This document shows, in pieces, positions 45,845 to 55,182 of a stretch of 64,000 nt of DNA (positions are counted from its first letter, which is position 1; every line of letters starts with the position of its first letter). A model generated the notes under the pieces. That model was given only the letters and a program-made list of their open reading frames with translations. It was not told where the DNA came from and made no database searches. Origin of the DNA: an uncultured virus (IMG/VR IMGVR_UViG_3300042520_003480) (Duplodnaviria > Heunggongvirae > Uroviricota > Caudoviricetes). Both the position numbers and the translations under genes were made by a program. The stretch is taken from the IMG/VR virus record IMGVR_UViG_3300042520_003480; one strand, given 5' to 3'.

Positions 45845-48739
45845 ATGAGCAACAGATTTCACAACAAATACCACAGAGATAACCATCATAGCAAACGTAC
45901 CGCTAAGAACAATTCGATTACTGATGCGGCTTTTGATCCTATTGCTTCTTATGCTGAACCGTTTCAAGGGGAGTTTTTTAGTGATGGAGAAATTGTCACA
46001 AACTCGTTCTTGTCTGCAGCTGGAAACGTTTATGCTCAAAACGGAGTCATTTCTGACAACTTAACTGTTAGTGGAAATCTTTCTGTTTTAGGAGAATTTT
46101 CGAGACTGGATACATATGTGTATGTTACGTCTGCCATGGATATTACAAACCAAGGCACAGGTCCTGCTTTAAGAGTAACACAAACCGGAATGCAACCGAT
46201 TGCTCATTTCATTGATGCAGAGGGGGATGATATAGTATTTAATAATAACGGCTATGTTGGATTAGGCATAATGAATCCTTCCGAAAAATTGATGGTAATC
46301 GGCAATACGGTTTTATCAGGAAATGCTGTAGTTGCTGATAAGTTGTATTTTGGAACCAATGGAATTGCTTCTGATACAAACTTGTATAGAGCCAATACGA
46401 ATATTTTAAAAACAGATGATAAGTTAGCCATAGGAACAGTAGATGTAGATGGAACTAATAACGATATCCTAGTTATAGGGGCTGACGGTACAATTCGAAA
46501 AAGAGCAATTACTGGTGAATCTTGGAACACTCCCGCTAACTTTCTTAGTGGAGTTAATTTGACATTAGATTACGTTCCTAAATACGGAGATACACAAAAA
46601 TTTGTAAATTCTATAATCTATAACGAAGGAATGAGGGTGGGTATTGATAATAATAATCCTCTCGAAACGTTAGACGTAAACGGAACAGTGTTGTTTAGCA
46701 CAGCTAGTGCAAACGTTTTTGAAGTAATAGGAAAAGGCACACCTTATACTGATGGTGTTAAAGGAGTTGCTACAATTTATTCTGAAAGCACTGGAGCAGC
46801 TGGAGGTAATGTGTTAAAGGTTGGATCTGCTACAAATCCAGTTAATTTGGTCGTAAAGGATAACGGAAGAGTTGGAATTAATGATGATATACCAGAAGAA
46901 AATTTACACGTAGTTGGTAGTTATTTACAAACAGTCGACGGAAGTGGAGATTATATTATAAAAATCCAAGACGGTTCTGGACGAATAAATCATTATTGGA
47001 ATACTACAGGAACAACGACCCCGACATTTAAAAAAGGCGGAGACGATGCTACAAAAATTTTATTTGGAGGTCAAGGCCAGCCCATTCTTCAGGCTTCAAC
47101 CAGCCAAGATGGTACGGGAGTAGTTGCTGGAACTCCGATTACCTGGACTACTCCTTTTACAATTTTAAGAAACGGCAACGTTGGCGTTGGCAATGGAATG
47201 ATTAATCCTACAAGAACACTTCATGTTAGTTCTGTGGATTTGTTCAACACACGCTTTGAAAGCTCCCATATCAATGCCACTGTTGTTGAGATAAAGAATA
47301 ATAACAAAGTTTGGGAAAACGCTGTTGCTGGAAGTGCTAATCTTGCTGGAGTTCCATTAGGTTCGTATTATATTTTAGATCAAGCGGAAGGACCAAGAAT
47401 GGTCATTGATTTTATTGGAAACGTAGGTATTGGTACTACTACTCCAAACTCGACTGCAAGATTGCAAGTTTCTGGTGGTTCTATTATGCCACAAATTGGA
47501 AGTACTTCTGATACTGGTATCCAATTTCCTTCTGATCCAGGTAATGGTGGCGGAGATACTGCTTATATAAGATATTACGCGAGACCAGGAGAAGGAGAAA
47601 ATACTACCTTCGAGATTGGCACAACAAATGATGCAGATGATCATATTTCTTTAATGGCATCTGGTAATGTGGGAATTGGAACTTATTATCCAAACAAAGA
47701 TTTAACAGTGGCTGGAGAAATTTCAAGTTATAACGTCCGTGTTAATCAAGGTGCTCCAAATAATAATGACAATTCAACAAATGGTTATTCGTTTGGGATC
47801 GATGGAGATACTGGCGTATTCAGTCCTTTTGGTCCTGGAGGAGCCGGAAATGGAAACGTTTCTTTGTATTCTAATAATGTTGAAATTCTTAGATCAAACG
47901 GCACGAACGGTGTTACCATATTTCAAAATCTTAGTGTCACTGGTGAAATACGAGGAAACAAAGCTTTTAGGGCAGTTCAAGGAGCTCCAAATGACGGAAA
48001 TAACTCTACTAACGGTTATGCTTTTGAAGTTGACGGAAATACTGGAATATTTAGTCCTTTTGGTCCTGGAGGAATGGGCAACGGAATTGTATCTACATAC
48101 TCAAATGGCGAAGAAGTTTTAAGAGTAAGCGCTCCAGGAGGAATTGTATTTTATTACAACTTAAGCTCTGTTGATGCCGCAATTAGAGCAACTGTCGGGG
48201 CTCCTAATAGCAATAATCTTTCAACCAATGGATATGGCTTTGGTGAAGATGGAGATACTGGTGTCTTTAGTCCGGTTCTTACTGCTGGAGCAAATAACGG
48301 AGTAGTTTCATTGTATTCTAATAGCAATGAAATTCTTAGAGCTAGCGACACAAACGGAGTTACAATTTTTCATAATCTTAGCGTAACTGGAACAATAAAC
48401 GGCGTCACACCGAATGCACCAATTCCTATTGGAAGCTTTAGTCCTACCAATGCTTCTCATGATCAAACGTATATTTGTAGTCCTGGAGCTGGAGTCACTG
48501 TGACGATAACATTGCCTGCTGGATTAAATCCTGGTACTCAATTTTCCGTTATTAGAGCTGGAGATGTGGGCGGTTTTGTTGAATTTACAAACGCGGTTGG
48601 TGTAGCAGTTCCTCGTTCAAGTCCCGACAATACGTTTAACAATTTGGCGTTTGTTAATTCTGTAGCAAGCGCATATTTTGCTGGGACAGTCGATGGAACA
48701 GCAAACGTATGGTACCTACTAGGAGACTTGCTACCTTAA
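45845..48739 (+). CDS. Long tail fibre protein
   Basis: Many G.VGIG repeats, three GAPN...STNGY.F...G.TG.FSP repeats and C-terminal WYLLGDL. Confidence 0.85.
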   Translation: MSNRFHNKYHRDNHHSKRTAKNNSITDAAFDPIASYAEPFQGEFFSDGEIVTNSFLSAAGNVYAQNGVISDNLTVSGNLSVLGEFSRLDTYVYVTSAMDITNQGTGPALRVTQTGMQPIAHFIDAEGDDIVFNNNGYVGLGIMNPSEKLMVIGNTVLSGNAVVADKLYFGTNGIASDTNLYRANTNILKTDDKLAIGTVDVDGTNNDILVIGADGTIRKRAITGESWNTPANFLSGVNLTLDYVPKYGDTQKFVNSIIYNEGMRVGIDNNNPLETLDVNGTVLFSTASANVFEVIGKGTPYTDGVKGVATIYSESTGAAGGNVLKVGSATNPVNLVVKDNGRVGINDDIPEENLHVVGSYLQTVDGSGDYIIKIQDGSGRINHYWNTTGTTTPTFKKGGDDATKILFGGQGQPILQASTSQDGTGVVAGTPITWTTPFTILRNGNVGVGNGMINPTRTLHVSSVDLFNTRFESSHINATVVEIKNNNKVWENAVAGSANLAGVPLGSYYILDQAEGPRMVIDFIGNVGIGTTTPNSTARLQVSGGSIMPQIGSTSDTGIQFPSDPGNGGGDTAYIRYYARPGEGENTTFEIGTTNDADDHISLMASGNVGIGTYYPNKDLTVAGEISSYNVRVNQGAPNNNDNSTNGYSFGIDGDTGVFSPFGPGGAGNGNVSLYSNNVEILRSNGTNGVTIFQNLSVTGEIRGNKAFRAVQGAPNDGNNSTNGYAFEVDGNTGIFSPFGPGGMGNGIVSTYSNGEEVLRVSAPGGIVFYYNLSSVDAAIRATVGAPNSNNLSTNGYGFGEDGDTGVFSPVLTAGANNGVVSLYSNSNEILRASDTNGVTIFHNLSVTGTINGVTPNAPIPIGSFSPTNASHDQTYICSPGAGVTVTITLPAGLNPGTQFSVIRAGDVGGFVEFTNAVGVAVPRSSPDNTFNNLAFVNSVASAYFAGTVDGTANVWYLLGDLLP

Positions 48740-48743
48740 TGAC

Positions 48744-49691
48744 ATGGCAAATTTTGGATTAGGTTATTATGGAAGTGGTTATAATGTAGCTTTGACGTTA
48801 AACACGTCTCAAAACGTAAACCTTTATAATTTTATTATAGCTAATAGTGGATGGAGAAATACAAGCAAAAAACTAAAAGCTATAATAACAATTCCTGCAG
48901 GAAACGTGATATCCTCTCCTAATCCATTGTTACCAGCTTTAACTGTTCCAGCAAACGGAGCTGCCTCATTTCGTTCATATGATTACATTTTAATAAGAAA
49001 TTTTGGAACAATTGCAGGAGCTGGTGGAGCTGGTGGGGCTGTTGGAGGTGGTGGGCAATTTCCAACAGCTGGAGGAAACGGAGGAGTTGGAGGAACTGGC
49101 TTGGTTGCATCTAGAATTATACATCTAAACAATCAAGGAAATATATACGGAGGTGGTGGAGGAGGTGGAGGTGGTGGAGGCGGAGTAGAAACATATACTC
49201 TTGGAGTGCAAACAGGATCGTGTTGTAGTGCCTCTGGTTGTGACAACTGCCCAATGAGCGATTTGGAGGCGGCTGGATGGAATGATACTCGAAACAGGGA
49301 TTGTAGTTTTACAAATAGTGGATGCTGTAAAGTTTGTACAGATTGTTTTAATTGCACCGTGTGTTGTGATGAAACTGGCGACAATCCCTCGTCTGGAGTA
49401 AATGTTTGTGGAGGACAAACATTTTTTTGTCGTGTAAAGAATTGGGTAAATCACTGGGGTGGAATCGGAGGAACTGGACAAGGACCTAATGCTCCTGGAT
49501 TGGGAGCTCTTGGAACCAGCAGTGGAGGAGTTGGAGGAAATGGAGGAACTTGGGGTCAAAGAGGTAATGACGGACTTGCTGGGACAGCTAGAGCTGGGGG
49601 ATTGGGAGGAAGTGGTGGTTATTCTGTTAATGGAAATACATTAGTTAATTACGTGAATGTTGGAACGATAATAGGAGGAATTATTAACTAA
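48744..49691 (+). CDS. Gly-rich gp38-like adhesin with a Cys-rich insert (copy 1)
   Basis: NFGTIAGAGG, NNQGNIYGGGGGGG and GGxGGxWG polyglycine motifs; 14 Cys in the centre. Confidence 0.7.
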   Translation: MANFGLGYYGSGYNVALTLNTSQNVNLYNFIIANSGWRNTSKKLKAIITIPAGNVISSPNPLLPALTVPANGAASFRSYDYILIRNFGTIAGAGGAGGAVGGGGQFPTAGGNGGVGGTGLVASRIIHLNNQGNIYGGGGGGGGGGGGVETYTLGVQTGSCCSASGCDNCPMSDLEAAGWNDTRNRDCSFTNSGCCKVCTDCFNCTVCCDETGDNPSSGVNVCGGQTFFCRVKNWVNHWGGIGGTGQGPNAPGLGALGTSSGGVGGNGGTWGQRGNDGLAGTARAGGLGGSGGYSVNGNTLVNYVNVGTIIGGIIN

Positions 49692-50659
49692 TGGCAAATT
49701 TTGGATTAGGTTATTATGGAAGTGGTTATAATGTAGCTTTGACGTTAAACACGTCTCAAAACGTAAACCTTTATAATTTTATTATAGCTAATAGTGGATG
49801 GAGAAATACAAGTAAAAAACTAAAAGCGATAATAACAATTCCTGCTGGAGAGACAATTTACTCTACTAATCCCCTGTTGCCAGCTTTAACTGTTCCAGCA
49901 GACGGAGCTGCTTCTTTTCGTTCGTATGATTACATTTTAATAAGAAATTTTGGTACAATTGGAGGAGCTGCAGGAGTAGCAGGACTAGGAGCAATTAACG
50001 GAACCGATGGAGGAGTTGGGGGAACAGCCATTAGAGCATTAAGAAATTTTTCAATAAACAATCAAGGCAACATATATGGAGGCGGAGGAGGCGGAGGAGG
50101 CGGAGGAGGACATACACAAGGAGTAGTTCAATTTGGATTTCCTCCAGCGGAATGGTTTTTGAATTGCAATGGTAATGACGGAGCAGGTTGTTGTGGTGAT
50201 GCAAATAATTATTGTACGTTTTCTAATAATGGTGGAGCGGATTGTACTGCAAGTTCTTTTTGTGGTTGTACCGATCAGCGACCTGGAGCTATAGCGCGGG
50301 TTGTGGACTGCTCTGCTTCAGGAAGCGCAGCAGATTGTGGCTGTAATTGGGGAGCATGTGGTGGTACAGGTACTAATTGTGAAGCTAGAATTGGAGGAAA
50401 CGGAGGAAGAGGAAGAGGACATTTAGTACTAAATGCTGATTTATTAGGACAGCTTTCTCCTGGAGTATGTAGGGGGTTTGGAGGAAACGGAGGAGACTGG
50501 GGACAAATCGGAAGTCCAGGACAAAATGGTTGCTCCACTCCTGTTGGCAGTAGAAATCCTGGATTAGGAGGAAATGGCGGATTAGCTGGTTATTGGATTG
50601 ATGGTTTTGGATTCTTAAATCTGACAAACGGAAGCACAGAATTAGGAAGAACTGTTTAA
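49691..50659 (+). CDS. Gly-rich gp38-like adhesin with a Cys-rich insert (copy 2)
   Basis: Same N-terminus as copy 1 with a different Cys-rich centre. Confidence 0.7.
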   Translation: MANFGLGYYGSGYNVALTLNTSQNVNLYNFIIANSGWRNTSKKLKAIITIPAGETIYSTNPLLPALTVPADGAASFRSYDYILIRNFGTIGGAAGVAGLGAINGTDGGVGGTAIRALRNFSINNQGNIYGGGGGGGGGGGHTQGVVQFGFPPAEWFLNCNGNDGAGCCGDANNYCTFSNNGGADCTASSFCGCTDQRPGAIARVVDCSASGSAADCGCNWGACGGTGTNCEARIGGNGGRGRGHLVLNADLLGQLSPGVCRGFGGNGGDWGQIGSPGQNGCSTPVGSRNPGLGGNGGLAGYWIDGFGFLNLTNGSTELGRTV

Positions 50660-50688
50660 AATAAATAAAAAGAAATTAAATAAAAAAT

Positions 50689-51066
50689 ATGGAAGAAATA
50701 ACGTTAAATGTAGGATTTAAAATAGAGGGAGTTGATCCTTCTAACAACAGCATGCTTGTCAGACCGTGTTCAACTGACTTTAAAAATAGCCCTGAATCTT
50801 ATCCTTTATATAATATTAATATATCAAATTTGGATCCAAATAAAAATATACCTGAACAAATTATCGAGATGATATCATCGACTGTTAAGTCAATAGTTGC
50901 AAGCGAAAACAAAGAAACTGTTTCATCTATCTTGGAATTTGCTGAAGCTAATCAAAATAAAGTAATTTCGGTGGACAAAACATTTAATAAAAAGCCCGAA
51001 GCTGCTCCACAACCAATTATTACAGACGTAGTGCATCCAACCAATAATTTTGAGGTAGTTGTTTAA
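50689..51066 (+). CDS. Hypothetical protein, possible fibre assembly factor
   Basis: 125-aa ORF directly after the adhesins. Confidence 0.5.
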   Translation: MEEITLNVGFKIEGVDPSNNSMLVRPCSTDFKNSPESYPLYNINISNLDPNKNIPEQIIEMISSTVKSIVASENKETVSSILEFAEANQNKVISVDKTFNKKPEAAPQPIITDVVHPTNNFEVVV

Positions 51067-51072
51067 ATTTTT

Positions 51073-51351
51073 ATGGAAAAAATTTTAACATTTCTTTTGG
51101 TCTCTATATCAATTTCTTATATGTGGAGTTTTTCTACAATTTTTAATCCTGTGAGAAATTTTGTTGCTAGGATTCCTGTTATTAAATATCCAATGATCTG
51201 TCCTGAATGTTCTTCGTTTTGGTTTGGCTTACTTACTTGTTTATTTTTATACAATCCTTTTCAAGGAACATATCCAATATTATTAAGTGTTGTTCTTGGG
51301 GGATTGATAACACATTTAATTGCTTCTTTAATTTATAAAAAATTGCTATGA
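51073..51351 (+). CDS. Small membrane protein with CxxC (DUF1360-like)
   Basis: Three hydrophobic segments; SxIFxPxR...ICPECSSFW.G. Confidence 0.65.
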   Translation: MEKILTFLLVSISISYMWSFSTIFNPVRNFVARIPVIKYPMICPECSSFWFGLLTCLFLYNPFQGTYPILLSVVLGGLITHLIASLIYKKLL

Positions 51352-51779
51352 ATACTCAAACTATTGAACAAGAACCTTTATTGTCAAAAATTGCAATAAA
51401 GATGATTTCCGATCCTGTTTTTGAAAAAGGATTTAAGAATTATTTACAAACTAAAATTCCTTCTTTGTATGCTGACATTGAGAGTGCGTACTCAAATCCC
51501 AATTGCACTTGCGTCAAGAAGCTCGAAAGCTATGTTGAATCAAACAAAACAGAAATTGCTAATTTAATATTTGAATATTCTCAAACGACTGAAGTCAGCG
51601 TAGAAAATTACATTAAATATTATAACAACAGTGAGTCAACTCGAATGAACTTGAGTGGCAGAATATTAAAAACCACTTTAAAAAATTGGACATCCTTTAG
51701 TCAACAAATCAACAACGCTGTGTACAAGAATTTTTCTGTCGTAAAAGAAGGAGATGATATTTTGGTGTTTTTTCTCTAA
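51348..51779 (+). CDS. Hypothetical protein with an NPNCTC motif
   Basis: 143-aa ORF overlapping the upstream stop codon. Confidence 0.6.
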   Translation: MNTQTIEQEPLLSKIAIKMISDPVFEKGFKNYLQTKIPSLYADIESAYSNPNCTCVKKLESYVESNKTEIANLIFEYSQTTEVSVENYIKYYNNSESTRMNLSGRILKTTLKNWTSFSQQINNAVYKNFSVVKEGDDILVFFL

Positions 51780-51796
51780 AATAGATAAGTAATAAT

Positions 51797-52234
51797 ATGC
51801 TAAATAAAGACGTCCATTTACTTGAAGAAGCCTATCTCTCTGTTTCAAAAAAGCCATCTTCTGTTCCTTCAGATAATGAAGAGGTTACTACTGATCCTAA
51901 TGACGTAGTAAGTGCTGGGCCAATGGATGGTCCTGCTCCCGGAGTTGATGCAGACATGATTGATTCAGAAGTAACTGATACAGAAGCAGAAGATACAGAT
52001 ACGACAGGAATGCCTGTTTCTGTAGGAGTAATGGGTTCTGATGACTCCCGTTTAGACATTGGAGATGAGGATGAGGAAGATAGCATAGCAATTGAAAACT
52101 TGAACTCTATTAGAGAAAGTATTATGAAAATTGCTTCTTTTTGTGCTAGCGGAAGTCATCTCGAGCCATGGCAACAACAAAAACTTTCTATAGCCATGGA
52201 TAGTCTAGCTGAAGTCGCTAGACGTCTTCATTAA
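51797..52234 (+). CDS. Acidic late protein, possible internal head protein
   Basis: GATAAGTA 5 nt upstream; KDxxLLEEAY leader and LEPWQQQKLS.A.D.L. Confidence 0.6.
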   Translation: MLNKDVHLLEEAYLSVSKKPSSVPSDNEEVTTDPNDVVSAGPMDGPAPGVDADMIDSEVTDTEAEDTDTTGMPVSVGVMGSDDSRLDIGDEDEEDSIAIENLNSIRESIMKIASFCASGSHLEPWQQQKLSIAMDSLAEVARRLH

Positions 52235-52595
52235 GTTCTTTTAAAGAAGTTAGCATAACTAGCAGGTTATTATAACTAGCTACTGACTTAAATTTTCTTT
52301 GATTCATTGCGTCTAATACAATGTCAATTGACTTCGCGGCGTAGTTTAACGAAAAGACTCTAGTGTCTTCTTGTATCAACTCGAACATTTGGTCTGCAAA
52401 CTCTTCAGAATAAGCTACGTCTATTTCTACGTAACCTTGTTCGCACTTGGTTTTAAATTCGTTCAAATAAAACGATTCTCTCTTATCTTGAAACAGTTTA
52501 ATGTCTGTATATAAAAATTCACATAGAGTTCCAATCGTGGTCTTTTTGTTGTTTAGCAGACTAATTGCTTTGTCTATATCAATTTCGGTTCTCAT
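52218..52595 (-). CDS. Hypothetical protein
   Basis: 125-aa ORF. Confidence 0.55.
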   Translation of the reverse strand: MRTEIDIDKAISLLNNKKTTIGTLCEFLYTDIKLFQDKRESFYLNEFKTKCEQGYVEIDVAYSEEFADQMFELIQEDTRVFSLNYAAKSIDIVLDAMNQRKFKSVASYNNLLVMLTSLKELNEDV

Positions 52596-53427
52596 TACTA
52601 TGTTGAAAGGTTTTGTAGAGACTAATTAATTTACTTTTAAGAGATTTCCATAATTTTGGGCTTTTATTTATGCTTGTTAACATTTCTTCAAAGGTAGTAA
52701 AAGAGGAAGGTAAAGGCAATTCTTTATGCAAAAAATATGTGTCAAAGGGAGAGTTAATAAAGTTTCTAAGTTCTAAAAGAAATTTTTCTAACCTTTTTTT
52801 CATGATTTTTTTGGTCTCTGGCATTTTCGAATTTTTAATGTCTTGTAAAATTTGTTTGTATTGAGTTTTAATTGTATAAGCCAATTCTGTAGTAAACGCA
52901 TCAAACTCGATTGGTTCTTTATGATAAAGTTCTTTTTCCTTGGCCTTTTTTGTTTTATCGGACTTTACTTTTTGGTATTCTTTAGAGTATTCCTTGTGTT
53001 GTTGGAAGCCGTGAACAATCTCGTGAACTAAAACTGAAATTAGTTTATCTTTTTGCAAGAACCTAGAGTTATCATCAAAGATTATAATAATTTTATTGCT
53101 TGAATCACACATTGCATAATTTTCATTATCTTTACCAAAGGCCACGTATACGTCGTAGTTTACTATTTCGTTTGTTTTTAGGTCTTTGAATTTTGTGTTA
53201 GTTAAATTAGCTACAAACCAAATTTCTCCTTCGTCTTCTTTAAAATATTCTTTCCACTTTGGATCGAGATCGATTTTTTTTAACTTGTTTAAAACCTTAG
53301 GAGTAACGTTTTTAACCTCCTCTAAATACTTGCTTGCAATCTTGGCTGCCTGGATTGAAACCGTTCTAGGTACATCCCGAAATTTAGCTTCAGTAAAAAT
53401 ACTAAAATGGTCTGCAAACTTTTTCAT
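52579..53427 (-). CDS. Zincin-like metallopeptidase
   Basis: VHEIVHGFQ with downstream Y...PIEFDAF; leader MKKFADHFSIFTEA. Confidence 0.7.
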   Translation of the reverse strand: MKKFADHFSIFTEAKFRDVPRTVSIQAAKIASKYLEEVKNVTPKVLNKLKKIDLDPKWKEYFKEDEGEIWFVANLTNTKFKDLKTNEIVNYDVYVAFGKDNENYAMCDSSNKIIIIFDDNSRFLQKDKLISVLVHEIVHGFQQHKEYSKEYQKVKSDKTKKAKEKELYHKEPIEFDAFTTELAYTIKTQYKQILQDIKNSKMPETKKIMKKRLEKFLLELRNFINSPFDTYFLHKELPLPSSFTTFEEMLTSINKSPKLWKSLKSKLISLYKTFQHSNENRN

Positions 53428-53428
53428 A

Positions 53429-53863
53429 TTAGTACTTATACATTTGATATTGACCCAAATCGTCCGTAAATATTACACTTTTGAACTCAAAGTAATCAAG
53501 CAAGCTTTTGCAACTCATACAAGGAGAAGCTAAAGCAATTTGTTTATTTCTGTCGTAACGTAAACTAACAATGGTACATTTTTTTGTATCAATGTTTGTC
53601 AGGTTTTTTAACTTCACTATAGCATTAAACTCGCTGCAAGTGTGTTTTTGTTCAGAAAAATCTTCTCCTGTCTTAATTGACCGCTTTCTGTTTTTTAAAT
53701 TTGTAGGATGGGTCTTTTTTTGGTTTACCCCTATAGCTACTATCTTTTTTTTGTTTAATATGAACGAAAAATGTCTGCATCGAATTGGATCAGACCAATC
53801 GATTAAGGATTTTGCAATGTCTTCTAGACGTTTAAATTGCAATTTGTTCGCACTCAACGTCAT
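53429..53863 (-). CDS. Cytidine/dCMP deaminase-fold protein (variant)
   Basis: HFSFI...AIGVN...HTCSEFNAI...SPCMSC. Confidence 0.75.
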   Translation of the reverse strand: MTLSANKLQFKRLEDIAKSLIDWSDPIRCRHFSFILNKKKIVAIGVNQKKTHPTNLKNRKRSIKTGEDFSEQKHTCSEFNAIVKLKNLTNIDTKKCTIVSLRYDRNKQIALASPCMSCKSLLDYFEFKSVIFTDDLGQYQMYKY

Positions 53864-54260
53864 AAAATTTAAAGATATCTAATGCTTTGGTATCTCTTTG
53901 ATAAATGTCTTTATAAACGACCTTTTTAATTCCATATGCTGATATCATTAAGGCACAACATGAGCACGGCAATAAGGTGCAAGCAAGCAGCTTGCATTCT
54001 CCCTTCTTAAACAAAGAAAGGAGATTAACTTCTGCGTGTATCATGAACGGTCTTCTTTCATCTCTGTCTTTCCAAAACTCTTTGGGCACTACCTTGCCGC
54101 TAGCCAAGCCGTTATAAGCCACTCCAATCACTTTGTTGGAAAAATCTAAAGCACAAGCTCCTACTTTAGCATATACATCTTCACTGCGAAGAGACCCCAC
54201 TTCTGCTATTTTTAGAGCATATTTTTCCCAAGAAAGGCGTCCGTGAATGTTATTCTTCAA
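53832..54260 (-). CDS. cd: dCMP deaminase (probable TTG start near 54260)
   Basis: RSED...KVGAC...YNG...IHAEVN...LLPCSCC. Confidence 0.9.
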   Translation of the reverse strand: MKNNIHGRLSWEKYALKIAEVGSLRSEDVYAKVGACALDFSNKVIGVAYNGLASGKVVPKEFWKDRDERRPFMIHAEVNLLSLFKKGECKLLACTLLPCSCCALMISAYGIKKVVYKDIYQRDTKALDIFKFYDVECEQIAI

Positions 54261-54462
54261 TGACTCCAATTCTTTCTCCTTTGTCAAGACGGTAACCACA
54301 CCCAAGCAAAAAATCCTCAAATGCTTGAATTACTTCAGCAAGATTACATTCTCCATCAATTTTGTGGGTAATTTCTGTAATAGGAAAAGAAAAAGTTTCT
54401 GAATTATAGCCCTCGTGTGTGTATTTGAATATAATGTTGGAATCCGACTTTTGGTAATTCAT
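54250..54462 (-). CDS. Small hypothetical protein
   Basis: IQAFEDFLLGCGY; promoter TTGAAA-N16-TAAAAT 6 nt upstream. Confidence 0.65.
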   Translation of the reverse strand: MNYQKSDSNIIFKYTHEGYNSETFSFPITEITHKIDGECNLAEVIQAFEDFLLGCGYRLDKGERIGVIEE

Positions 54463-54505
54463 TGAATTATTTTAAGTGACCATTTAAGAATTTCAACTTT
54501 AGGAT

Positions 54506-54539
54506 AAAAAAAAGCTCCTCTGTTAAAGAGGAGCTTTTT
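54506..54539. terminator. Intrinsic terminator after the tail tube gene
   Basis: AAAAAAGCTCCTC-loop-GAGGAGCTTTTT. Confidence 0.88.
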
Positions 54540-54560
54540 GAAAAGTATTGCCTTTTTTGA

Positions 54561-55151
54561 TTACATCAACGTCCAAGGATTTACTTGACCGTTTTTATCG
54601 TAAGCAGTAGTTAGCTGTCCTGCAGAACCTTCTGGTCCTGATCTCCAGAACTGATATGCCAATGTGCATTGCACACTAGCAATTGCCCCATTATCCTTGA
54701 TGTCATACTGAGTGTCAGCCATAGCTTGAACGTAGCATCCAAAGAGAGTATAAACACGTTTTGTTTTGAACTCCTTGTCAACTAATTCCATGACCAAATT
54801 GCTGTTGCTTTTTGGAAGGGAATAATCTCCAGATGAGGTTTGCTCATCAAACGTTGCAAATGTTTGAGCTTCTAATGCTGCTCTAATGTCATAGCTTTCA
54901 TCACATCTAAAAGTAACTTGGTAACCAGCAGATCCTGGGTATGAAACAGTTCCTGGAAGATTAAATTGAAGCCCCATGTATGGAACTTGAATGTTATTAA
55001 TTGTTCTTCCTGGAAGAGCAGCGGTTTCAATGTAGGTTAATTGATCGTTGCTAAAAGCAATGTTACCAAATTGAGTTACTCTGAATTGGAAAAGCCTTGC
55101 GAAGTCTTTGCTTGAGGCTGTACGGTAGAAGTCTTGAATTGTGTATGCCAT
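54561..55151 (-). CDS. gp19: Tail tube protein
   Basis: ARLFQFRV, AALPGR, VPYMG, VTFRCDE and TLAYQFW; follows the sheath gene. Confidence 0.88.
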   Translation of the reverse strand: MAYTIQDFYRTASSKDFARLFQFRVTQFGNIAFSNDQLTYIETAALPGRTINNIQVPYMGLQFNLPGTVSYPGSAGYQVTFRCDESYDIRAALEAQTFATFDEQTSSGDYSLPKSNSNLVMELVDKEFKTKRVYTLFGCYVQAMADTQYDIKDNGAIASVQCTLAYQFWRSGPEGSAGQLTTAYDKNGQVNPWTLM

Positions 55152-55182
55152 ATATTATATTATTTAATTGTTTTTATTTAAC

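Noticed and set aside
49125..50627. Antisense and alternative-frame ORFs in the adhesin genes
   Set aside because: Shadows of Gly-rich codons.
48744..50659. Diversity-generating retroelement template/variable repeat pair
   Set aside because: Differences are not adenine-specific, both copies are full genes, and no reverse transcriptase is present in the window.
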